This document shows positions 25,601-38,000 of a stretch of 64,000 bases of DNA, in pieces; position 1 is the stretch's first letter, and each line of letters opens with the position of its first letter. The notes below the pieces were generated by a model. That model searched no databases. It had not been told where the DNA came from and saw only the letters and a list, made by a program, of their open reading frames with translations. The position numbers were made by a program, and so were the translations under genes. The stretch covers positions 3,968,001 to 4,032,000 of the forward strand of contig CM035353.1 of NCBI GenBank assembly GCA_020137815.1, read 5' to 3'. This DNA is from Hormiphora californensis (taxonomy: Eukaryota > Animalia > Ctenophora).

Positions 25601-27843
25601 GTATTCCAAGAACACTTTTCGTCAATGCCAGAGTTGCAATCTTTGTGGCCATCGCACAGCTGCCCTTTGTGAACTGTGCATTCTATTTCTTCAGAGAGAC
25701 AGATGTTGTTGTAGTTGTCATCGCAGAGCGGGTAGTCATGGCAGTACCCAAATATTGAGATAGTTACAGGGTAGCTGTCCATCGTGCACCCGAGAATGGC
25801 AACCCTCTCCGTATCACTGCAGTTTGTTTGTTCCATTCCAAGGGGAGTGTCACACACCCCTAAGCCAGAGACTGGTGTCACAAAACAACGCATTTCATGT
25901 CGAAGTAATATTCTGCTTTCCCTGGTCCTGGAAAGGATAGAGATTATTACACTAATAGTTACCCAGAATACTCACTCCTATCGGTCATGCCCTCTATGAT
26001 AATTGCTGTAATCGAGGCCTTGCAAGGCCCCCTGACCCCCCCCCCTGACCCGAAAACAAACTCAACCAAACTAAACCCATCCCAAAAGCTACTACAATTC
26101 TTACCCTTCAACTCTAAGGCAGGTACCATGAGTGCCGTCCATATTAAAACAGTTCGCTATATCACTCTGATCCAGACAATACGGCCCATAAGAGGAACAC
26201 ATCTGAAACATTTCCATGAATTTAATGGGGGGGGGACCTGGGACTATGGAGTAATATATTATCTGCAACGAAAATCTAAGGGGACTGAGAGGAAAACGGC
26301 TGTTTAGGCCAGAGGGGTATAAAAAGTGACTTTTGACATCTGATCCGACTCAGAATTGAGAATCGATATTGCACACACCTTTTCGGAAAATTGAGATAAC
26401 TTCAAAATATTGAGAGTTAGAGTAGTCATGACCACTATTGGTGCGCGGTCGTGCCCACGGAAGGAGTGCTTGGATCATCTTGAAACCGGTTTTAAGTTAA
26501 CTAATGCATATCCAAAAGTGTCTGTAGCTATTTGGGTGATGTTCTGACAATCCAATCACGAGTTATGACCAAAAAACAGTCAAAAAAGACGTTTTAAAGT
26601 GACAAAAAGGAGGACCTGAACACAGCCCTTATATGAAGGGTTGGGGCTATGAAACTTCTTGAGTGGACAGAGAATCGTCCAAATTTGCAGTGTCAACTTT
26701 GGAATAGTTTCTATCTTTTGTAGTTATCTAATTAGAGCCGTTTAAACATGTGAGAAGATGCTGTAGGGGCCTCTAATACTGTGTATTCTTGCTTGTGAAG
26801 TGATCACTTGACGAGATTTACCCAATTAGAGAGCAGATTAAAGCATACAAGCGGTGAGAGCAAGCAATATTGGTAGGAAACAGTACCAAATTACCCTGTT
26901 TTGCAGATCGTCTCACATGTTTAAGCAGCTCTAATTAGATAACTACAAAAGATAGAAACTATTCCAAAGTTGACACTGCAAATTTGGACGATTCTCTGTC
27001 CACTCAAGAAGTTTCATAGCCCCAACCCTTCATATAAGGGCTGTGTTCAGGTCCTCTTTTTTGTCACTTTAAAACGTCTTTTTTGACTGTTTTTTGGTCA
27101 TAACTCGTGATTGGATTGTCTGAACATCACCCAAATAGCTACAGACACTTTTGGATATGCATTAGTTAACTTAAAACCGGTTTCAAGATGATCCAAGCAC
27201 TCCTTCCGTGGGCACGACCGCGCACCAATAGTGGTCCTGACTAGAGTGAGGTACTTACTTCATGGGGCTTCAGGTAGTAGGTTTTATCTGTAAAATAAGG
27301 AACACAGTACATCCCGTATTCAAATCCATTGCAGTATGATTCGTCTGAACAAAATGGATCATCACACTTGTGATCACACATATTTATTATGCCTTGTCCA
27401 GTGCTCAACGGCAACCCTTGGAAAGTCCCGTCTTTGTTGTTCAACAAACCGTAGCCGCAGAGTGCAATCGGACCATAATATACCAAGTCTTTCAAGTCCT
27501 CTTTAAACCCACAGACTTGGTAGGCTCCATCCTCTGGGCAGGCATTGTTAAAGCCGAGGCCGCTGAACAGTCCCCTAATTTCAGAGAAGTTGTACTCGGT
27601 ATGTGGTGACGAGGCACACTTGTAGGTAGTTTCCTTTTCGTTGGTGCACCGCTCTTTAAGGTAACCGTTCATAACCACGAAATGACACCTCCCTTTTGAG
27701 GGGGTTATCGCCGAGGAGGAGGTCCCACGGTTCTGGACCAGAACTTCTGGTTGGTTAGTTGGAGCTGGAGAAGGTATCTTGGTTTCACATCTCGTTACAC
27801 ACAGAAATGCCAGTAATAGTTGCATCTTATTCCAGCTGGCCAT
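22689..27843 (-). CDS. LDLa-repeat 7TM GPCR (GRL101/RXFP-like); exons 27843-27259, 26202-26105, 25927-24019, 23515-22689; 1-bp frameshift near 25025
   Basis: Signal peptide MQLLLAFLCVTRC; several LDLa modules (CDGHKDC..DE, CNLIDDCKDGSDE); 7TM with FYGNDGVCIFKY, TDFFCWIP and PINCVINPILY; splice phases consistent. Confidence 0.88.
26423..27243. mobile_element. Foldback DNA transposon, Academ-like (TAG...CTA ends, 3-bp TSD gag), in GPCR intron 1
   Basis: Near-perfect arms of about 330 bp; gag flanks both ends. Confidence 0.8.
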
Positions 27844-28551
27844 GTACTTGAAACTTACTACACACGTGTGTGGGCAATCCGGTAAATGGGATCGCACTGT
27901 ATGTTGATACTTGGCAAAAAATGTTTCAAACTTTCATCAACTACAACGTAAAACTATTTATTGAGGATGCTTATTGTATTGGGGAAATGAGCCACAGCCC
28001 CAAAAGTCACCGTGTTTTCTTGAATAATATAAAATCACACAGTATATCTTTGGATCACAAGATGGATCACAAATGTGTTGAATATATCGCTGCATGTTTT
28101 TATACCCCCTTCACCCTTGCATTATATATTATCACGTGTGATTCTCAAACAATGCATCAAACTATATTTACCCTTGAATCACTACGATAGCGCTTTGTGA
28201 CACCCCCTCACTGAGCTGTATTGTTGAGCGATATACCTGCAGGTCTCGCTCCTTTTATCAAACGATGCAATGCTATCGGACACCATTGTTTCTTTGTAAA
28301 ATAGTTTTGTTAAAAATGTCGTACATGAGACTACGTCAATCGCAACTTCACCAAAGCTATCTCGAGAAATTTAATAGATTTAGACTCCTCAACCTACTGC
28401 AGTCAAACCTCGATTTACCGGAATTCCAGCGGCCCGAGGAGTATACCAAGGGGTAAAGCTCTGGCTGTACTATTGCACACCCTGCTCGATTTACAGCCAC
28501 AAAGGGCCTTTTATAACGCACAAATCTGAAAACGCGGTGCAATGCAATTAA

Positions 28552-29855
28552 GGGTACGCTAACCAAAAATTTTTTTCGAGTGCAGGGAAATCTCTCACCG
28601 CAGGGTTGTATGCCATGCCAAGGAGACCTCAAATATGCAATTTTAGCCCTCAAGTCGAATTCATATTTTTGCTACAGCCGTTTTAAAATCGTCTTGAAAA
28701 TTTCTGAAAAGACGTTTTTGATACCCTAAAAATACATTTTCAGGGCTAGAAGCTTAAAATTTTGGGGATTTGAAGGGGATAGGAAGGTTTATCGACACAA
28801 AAATTTTTATTGAAATCGGTGATGATTTTCGGTCGTGAGATTGATTTACTTTTTTCCCTCTTAAAGGCCCTATTTAGCAAAGTTTCGAAAGTTTGTGAAG
28901 ACTGTAAATTGGTGAAAAGTTGCGTCTAACGATTATCTAAGTGGCCACAAATTTTTGGCGTGTCCTTATTTGAGACAAGTTGTACAGAGCTTTTTTTGTG
29001 AAAGCCGTTTTTTAGAAATAAAGAAATAGCCGGTATCTCAAAAACGACTAATTTTAGAGACCTGAGACCAAGCTTAAACGATTCAGAAGGTCCGATTTTG
29101 GGGGGGTCTTCTGAGAGACATTTTTCTCCTACTTCAACGGTTTACGCTGTAATTGCGAAAAACAAATCCTTTGAAGAGGGCAAAAGAGGAGTTCAGACAG
29201 CCTGCTTCGTGCTGCTTTTCCACCTTCTTGCTAAATCCTTTTTCGCAATTACAGCAAAAACCGTTGAAGTAGGAGAAAAATGTCTCTCAGAAGACCCCCC
29301 CCCCCAAAATCGGACCTTCTGAATCGTTTAAGCTTGGTCTCAGGTCTCTAAAATCAGTCGTTTTTGAGATACAGGCTATTTCTTTATTTCTAAAAAAACG
29401 GCTTTCACAAAAAAAAGCTCTGTACAACTTGTCTCAAATAAGGACACGCCAAAAATTTGTGGCCACTTAGATAATCGTTAGACGCAACTTCTCACCAATT
29501 TACAGCCTTCACAAACTTTCGGAACTTTGCTAAATAGGGCCTTTAAGAGGGAAAAAAGTAAATCAATCTCACGACCGAAAATCATCACCGATTTTAATAA
29601 AATTTTTTGTGTCGATAAACCTTCCTATCCCCTTCAAATCCCCATAATTTTAAGCTTCTAGCCCTGAAAATGTATTTTTAGGGTGTCAAAAACGTCTTTT
29701 CATAAATTTTCAAGACGATTTTAAAACGGCTGTAGCAAAAATATGAATTCGACTTGAGGGCTAAAATTGCATATTTGAGGTCTCCTTGGCATGGCCTACA
29801 ACCCTGCGGCGAGAGATTTCCCTGCACTCGAAAAAAAATTTTGGTTAGCGTACCC
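28552..29855. mobile_element. Foldback DNA transposon, Kolobok-like (TTAA TSD, GG...CC ends)
   Basis: ttaa|gggtacgctaacc ... ggttagcgtaccc|ttaa; arms about 610 bp. Confidence 0.85.
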
Positions 29856-30312
29856 TTAAGCTACGTGTATCTACGTGATGAATACAAAACTAATCAATTA
29901 GGAACCGTATTTAGCACGTACAAATACTTTCCGTGCATCATGCGCGGAAAGTTTTTGTGCGCAAGCGGTTCGCTTTATTAAAAATCGGACTTTAATTAGC
30001 TCATCAGCTGTCTCGTCTCACGTTTCACTGTCCAATTCGAAGCGGTCAGATCGGAACCCTGGGCAGGGAAATACAGCACTATGAATACATAGTCATAATA
30101 CATAGTGCAGTGCAAATATTCTTCTTCGCACAGCCTCACACAGGTGCTCAGAGGACAAGGCGAATCGATGTTGTCCCAGCTTTGGCCTTGGATTCCCAAT
30201 CCACTGTTTTATTTAATTGATATTTTTTTAGTAGTCGGCCATTTCATGCCGAGATAAATACTTCTTTTGCTAAAAATGTCTTTCTCACAACTCATCTTTA
30301 CGTAGTAGTGAT

Positions 30313-33300
30313 ATGGGTGACCCTGCGGATTGGGAGTCTTTACCTACAATTGAAAAATGTCTGCACAAGGTTCGTATTTTATACCATTTATCCAACCCTA
30401 GTCTGATTTTGGGAGTTCGACTCTACTTTTTCGGGAAGGACAATCACCTATCCTATGTCCCATTTGAGGGTTATATGAGGTATAAACTCTGGCCACTGGC
30501 GCATTATTTCAGATAAATTCTCCCAGCGCGCCGCTGGGAGAAGTTAGCTGGAGTTTATCCGCCGCTGGCGGATAAACTGGTTTAAATCACGACGACGATC
30601 CCGAGGCGGAGCCGAGGGGGAGGCGGAGGGGTGCCAGTGGTCAGAGTTTATAGATTATATACCCTGCTTTAGTTGTTTATTTGAAGTATTACACACCAAC
30701 AAGAGAGAGAACACTAATCAAAACACACAAAGAGAACTGAGAAATAGTTAAAAACACCTCACAATTGAGTGTACACTGTTTGGTAACAGTTACTAAGCAG
30801 TTGCTAAGGAAAGAGAGTGAAAGAAATAGCCTGATAAGGGGCATGTCACACATAACACAGAGGAAGAGATAGTGAGACAAAAGGGGAGATAAAGAGAGAG
30901 TAATTGACGGAATGTGTCCTTTCTTTCTCTCCAATGTAGTGTGTAAGTGTTGCACATAGTGTTCCCTCTGTATTTTAGTAAGAACTGATCATTTACACAC
31001 ACTTTGAATGTTACATAGGAGTTCAAATTAAATAACCTGCCAGTGGGAAATAATCTGCCACTGGACTGGCTGTTTACTGAGAGCGCACCAGTGGGACTTC
31101 TCGCCACTGGCGGGTTATTTAAGTTAGCAGGGTATATAATAAACCGAAAAATAATATTTCTCGCCAGAATTGGAAAGCTCGAGTTGAGGGGTACGAACAA
31201 TCACTAAAAGACTTCAAGAGATCAAGTGGAGGGAATGACCCATTATTCGATAATGTGAGTGTCTCATCCTGAATGAAGCATATCTTTCCAATTTCGATTT
31301 TATACCGCTCTCATTATACATCACTCTAGTCTCTATTATATCAATTATCTATTTCAGTTAGGTATAAGTACAGCTACATGTTATTGTCATATTTGGTCAT
31401 ACAGGTTATTGCTTATTACCATATTTGGTCATCTCCTTACAAAGTCATGTTTTCAGTACCTCGGTTCTATAAAGAAGTTCGTTATGGACACCAACGCTAA
31501 CGCACAAGAAAAGGGCTGTGAGGTGGTCCTAGCCTTTGTTACACAAGCTGATTGCGCTAAAAAGTAAGTTACTTTAGTAAAGGGAGACTTGGGTCATTTA
31601 ATGCTCAATAAACAGACGAGTCACCAAGTCCGTTCTCTATAAACAATGATATATTATGGGACATGGTTAAATGGGGGAGGTGGGAGCCGGATGATTTAAT
31701 ATGGTTAAATGGGGGGGGGGGGGCATTATAATAGTGTTAACTTACCCAGATTGATGACTTCATAACTTGTGGTGAAGATATCATTTTTGCTTGTAATAAA
31801 GTCATGTACTAGAATGGCTAATCGTATGAATTGTTGTCCCCAATTGCGTGTGAGATAAATGTCGTAGTTTGTTTGCGTCTGTGGAAACATCGTGTTAACA
31901 CGTGTGTTTACAGCTAGTTCCATTAACTTCCAGACACACATGTGTGACGTTATGTAATTGTGTGTGTGACACGATACATAGACTGGAGACAAATTTAAAC
32001 TATTGCACACAAACAAGTCGGATGGAGAGAGCAATGTGTATGGGGTATTCAGATTCACCTTCCAGAGTTAGACTTGGCATGCTAAGTGCTACCTGTATCG
32101 TTTGTTTGTCTGTGTTCATCTTTCTTATACATGTTTAATTCCATGTTGTCTTATCATATCATTTCTTCAGACGTCATACAAATGCTTGAATTTTAGCACG
32201 TCTTAGAAAGTGTAATACAGCGTCGAAGTAGTGGAGGAGTACATGTGTAATGCGTGTAATACGTACTTATTTGAAAACAAAGGTGATATTATGTTTGTTG
32301 GACGAAAGGAGACTCGCTGGGTTATTATTTGTAATAATAATAATAATAATATTCCGCGCTTATATACCGCCCATACCCGACAGAGACATGCCAAAATATT
32401 GGCGATGTTCCGCCGAATCATCAGAGCGGTATATCCTCGACTAATTATATGACACACTCGAACAGCTCTGGTTGAAAAACAATATATAGACGACTAAATA
32501 AACTTTACTTATAAATAATAAACCAGTAAGTCTCCCTGTGTCCAATTAACATATGAACTATCTCAAGAGTAGTCAAGCGATATATTATTTGTTCTTATCT
32601 GAAGGCTGCCATTCTCTCCATTACTCAAAGCTTTTTACCAATTTGAATATATGTGTGTTTGCATATATATCCAGCCCAGTTTAAATTCGAATAAAGCGCC
32701 ACAGTGACGTACCAGTGAGTTTGTGTGTAACAGGGAAAGGAAAGAAAGAAAGAGATAGATAGGTGTGGAAAGAAAGAGAGATAGATAGAGAGATAGGGTT
32801 TCGGTCCAGGTTTTCAAGCAGCGCTTTTCGTCTCACAATGTGTTTTGCAATAATACCCTAGGCTCCCCTATAGTAGGGACGAATCTTAATTTTTTGACTC
32901 ACTATTTGGTTCAAAGCAAATTCCGGTTGTAACCCACCTATTTTGACCCGCTGAACACGATCCCGTCCATAGGCAAGCTCGGAAAAGTGAAGAAAATGCC
33001 CAAATCGGCCACGCCCTTTTACCTGTATTTTCAGCCTGTAGCCAAAAACATAAATCCTCTTAGAATGGGAGTAGAGACAAATCTGAGGGCACTAAAGTGA
33101 TCAGCGCCCTCGCATTAGTGGGGGTAGGTGCTGGAATTAAATCTCTATCTCATCTGGTTAATTAGATAATTGGATAATTAAGTTTGCGCATAACCGTTTT
33201 TTGGCTATATGGCTATAGCCACTTAGGAATGGTTTAGAGACTTTTCACTGGCGCCATTTTGTAGGCAATAGCCAAGTTATGGGGGGTCGACGTCGGACTT

Positions 33301-35006
33301 TTAAGCTCTATCTCCAACCGTTTAGCCGTTATTTGGCTTAATTGATGCTCAAAATCGGGCTTTTTACCGTTTTTCGCTCATTTTGAGCATCGATTAAGCC
33401 CAATAACGGCTAAACGGTTGTAGATAGAGCTTAAAAGTCCGACGTCGACCCCCCATAACTTGGCTATTGCCTACAAAATGGCGCCAGTGAAAAGTCTCTA
33501 AACCATTCCTAAGTGGCTATAGCCATATAGCCAAAAAACGGTTATGCGCAAACCTAATTATCCAATTATCTAATTAACCAGATGAGATAGAGATTTAATT
33601 CCAGCACCTACCCCCACTAATGCGAGGGCGCTGATCACTTTAGTGCCCTCAGATTTGTCTCTACTCCCATTCTAAGAGGATTTATGTTTTTGGCTACAAG
33701 CTGAAAATACAGGTAAAAGGGCGTGGCCGATTTGGGCATTTTCTTCACTTTTCCCACTTTCCTAGGGGCGGGTCGGTTTTTAGCGGGTCAAAAAGGGGGA
33801 TCTCTGTCTATCTCTATGTCTCTCTCTCCCACTATGATCTATCTCTATCTCTGCAGGGCAAGGCACTTGTTACAGAAATGTACAGATGGTTGGGAGATAC
33901 ACTCGATAAGCTTCTTCCACCGCTCGAGCTCAAGGAAATTATGGTATGTTAAAAATATGTTACAGTCGGACCCCGATTTAGTGGCATCCTCGGGGGGAAA
34001 AATCCTGCCACTAAATCGGTCCGGGGTGCCACTAAATCGGGGTCCGACTGTATAACTAAACGTTTTTTCGAAATTTTGATTATCCTAAACATTTAGCCAC
34101 CAGTTTGAATTCCACTTTAATCTAGTTCCCTTCCAAGTATATTTCTATCTATTTGTCATGTATATTTTCCATCCCTACAATTCAGTCCTTGCATCTGTTG
34201 ATGGTGCCGTGTGCCTCTCAAAAAATGATATTTGCTTGTGAAACTGAATCTCACGTGTCAGCTTATATATTGCAACTGCTTGTCACACAAGTGTTTGTGA
34301 TATAGAAATGACGACATGTTGAGAGATGACAGATGAATTCTCTCCCCTTCTGCGAGATAGATATTATAGCGATGCAGTGCTATACAATGGCCACTACCGG
34401 AGGAATTACAATTGCTTGCAGGATTGGAGAAACTGCAAAAACGGCAACAAAAACTTTCGCCATGAAAGAGAGTTTTCAATGACGTTACACTGTTTTCATT
34501 GTCTTTTTCACCAGCTTAGATTGTTCAGTAAGGACTCTTCGGTAGCTTTTACATCCTTCCAAAATTATGTAACATAATTATTATGTCTCAGACCTCACTA
34601 TCACAACATATATTATTACCCCAACAAGCCATGTCATTACAATTATAATCGTTTTGTGTCACTTGTCTGGTGTTTGTCTTTTATAATCGTGTGTGCGATA
34701 TCTTTGAAAAACTTACCGGCCGCCGCCACACCTTTTTAATGGGGTCTCTCATGGTAGAAGCAGGGAGAGAGGGGTCATAGCATGAATGACCTGGCAGATT
34801 GATAACTCGTTTTATCGTTAAAAGTAGCCCAACATTAGAACATACCTGAAACGTACATACTTCGCATGGGGGACATGATACCGGTGCTTAATATTGAATA
34901 CTTTGCATGGAACATACTTAATGATGAGTAACTTTTAGATGCAATAGAGGGCCACCAACCGATATACCTGCCTTCTAGAAAGCTGCAGATAGAGAGGAGA
35001 GAGAGA

Positions 35007-35076
<70 letters not shown>

Positions 35077-38000
35077 TAGAGAGAGAGAGTGATAGAGAGA
35101 TAGAGAGTGCAAATGGTTCACACAGGATGATTGGCCATCTTGTCGCAGTATCATTATACTATTGCTTTTTTTGTTGGCATTTCAATTTGTGTCTGAAGTC
35201 TGATACACATTACACAAGTAATATAACAAGTACTAAATTCATTATACACGATCAATTTGATCAACTCATTCCAAGATATTCTTTATCTTTTCAGTGGTTC
35301 TGTCTCTTGTTCCGATCGTCGACGTTCGTCTCGTATCTCTCTTTGTCTCTCTCTCTCCCTCTCCCTGTCTTTCTCCCTCTCCATCGATAGTCTATCTCTC
35401 TCTATCTTCTCCCTCTCGATTCACTGATGGCATGCAGCAATAATAACACATGATCATGATGTACTGAGAAGATGTAAGATCAGACCTTTCTTTTTTCATG
35501 TTTCAGTTTCTAATTCTATCCCTCGTTTTAAGATATTACCTCCCTATTTGTGTCCCTCTCTCGGCATTATAACCCCATTTCCTATTTATACCCAACACTA
35601 TTACACTAAACCCATATTGTATATGTATGTGCTTTTACCATAAAAACATGAACATGAAACTCGATAGTCCGACACAGTTTGATCTGAGTAAAATGCTTCA
35701 GGAGGCAATATTTCATGTGGCTTGCATCTTGTAATTAGTTGGTCCATATCCAACAATGGTCCCAATATGGCATATCGCCAACGTGATGATATCTCTCCAA
35801 CCAGTTAAACTCTATTTGAATCTTTGTCGTAAACATACACCGAGAGCTATAGACTAGTGTCAAAACAGTTTTTACAATACTGAACATATTATGTGATCTG
35901 ATATTGTATCTGATGACTGATATATGTTACCAAAAAATGTAGATCAATACAAATGGGGACAAGGGACGGTACTACCAGTTGTAACTAACGTGGTGGGGAA
36001 ACCTCTAGCTGAACTATATAGACATAAAATAATGGACTGAAGAAGAAATGGAGGATGATTACCAAGGATCTTGTTAACGCGGTTTACAAATAAACTTTAG
36101 TAGCTCAGATTTGTTATGTTCAAACCCTTCTTTACATTTGTAAAGAGCGGAGCGCGCGAAACACAGTCTAGCTAGGCAAGCTCAGATCAGATATATTAGA
36201 ATTAAACAAAACATCCGAAACATCATCAGACAAATATATCCCCCTGCAGTTGAACGAGTTGAGGGAGGAATGGGGGAAGGTTGAGAAGGGAGTTCCAGAG
36301 AGGTTTACCAGGACCGAGCAGGCTCGGATGGAGGAAGCCGGGGAGCAAGAGGAGGAGGAGGAGGAGGAAGGGGGGACCGGTGGAGGTAACTATATATTGC
36401 CCTCCCTGCACTTGTTTTTTATTAACCCTGATCCTGTTTAAATTTGTAACAGCTGGGTCGAGCAAGGCAACTTACCAAATTATATCGTCACAGTATTACT
36501 TAGTTTTGGTAATGAAATTACCCCTCTGCGTTAATATGGCTCATGTATGCAATAAAAGGGGTGACTTCGTAACCAATACTTAGTTGACATGGTTCACCCA
36601 ATCCTACTCCCCCATGTTTCTTCTTCTTTCAATCCTTCACTATCAGGTGGTGGTGGTGGTGACGGGGGAGAAGAGGAAGAAGATGAGGAGCTTGATCCGT
36701 ATGACCTGGCGGAGGCAAAAGACATCATAAAACTTCTCAACAAGGATTGTCCTGATTTCCATACCATGCTGGTAAATCACATGCCTTGATAGGTGACACA
36801 CTGATATAATCGGGTGACACACTGTTATAATGGGGTGTCACACTGATATAATGTGGAATTGTTGCTGGAAACCCTCTCTGCAAGTTCAGAATATTTGATT
36901 CAGATACATTTGATGAGCATTTGATTCTATATAATATAATGATATATAATTTCAGACTGACAAAAGTTGGAAGATTAGAAAGGAGGCATTGGAAAAGTTG
37001 CAACCTCTTGCCGAATATATCAAAATTGAGCCAAGCAGTAAGTTTAACTTTTAGAAAGTACATTTACCACCGGGCTCTATCATTGATTTTGACATTTCCC
37101 TAATTGTACACTTGATTGTTTGACCCTCTGATTACCCAACTCTCTCTGATCGTGCAATACATGACACTTCTTGTGCTGTTGTAATAATTGTAGAGTTAAC
37201 TTTATGAACAATACAAGACACTTCTTGAATAATTTATAATACAAGCAAAACAGAGCTATCTTACTTTTAGTGGTAATTATAGAGCTAGCTTCTAATATAT
37301 CGAAGCACAGGATTTCAAATCTCTTTCAGATGAGTTTGGTGGTATTGTGTCCCCGCTAGCCAAGATAATCACTAAGGACAGTAACATCGTAGTGGTACAA
37401 CTTGCTGCAAAGTGCCTCGCTGGACTAGCAAAGGGATTAAGAAAAGGTGTGCAGTATTTAGTAAATACTGTACCTTTACTATTTACATACTATTCTCCCC
37501 CATTTGATCTAGATTTTCGGACCTAAACCTATTCTTGGTTATATTAATTGCGTTGTTGGGCGTATGGAGAAGTGTTGAGGGGGTGATCCCTGTATTGATC
37601 TCACGTGGTTCGAAGTTTGGTCAGGCATAGAAGACTCGGGATGTTACAAAGGTGAACAAATTTCAATAGCAAAACTATTGAAATTTGTTCACCTTTGTAA
37701 CATCCCGAGTCTTCTATGCCTGACCAAACTTCGAACCACGTGAGATCAATACAGGGATCACCCCCTCAACATGTCTCTACCACGGACGGTGTCATCAGCC
37801 CTACACAGCTGATCCAGAGTATGGAGAAGTAATTCAATTATACCTACCATCTTGTTGCAGCTTACTCAAGTCACGCGAAGGAGACCGTAGTGGCATGTCT
37901 TAGCAAGTACAAGGAAAAGAAATCATCAGTAATTGCCGTCCTGAGCGATTGCTTAGATGCCACCATTGAAACGGTAACTAATTAATTAATGGTTTGGGAC

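Noticed and set aside
31726-35870. Possible minus-strand exons (31747-32058, 34716-34985, 35640-35800)
   Set aside because: Some splice-like signals, but no recognisable protein and several stops; cannot support a gene
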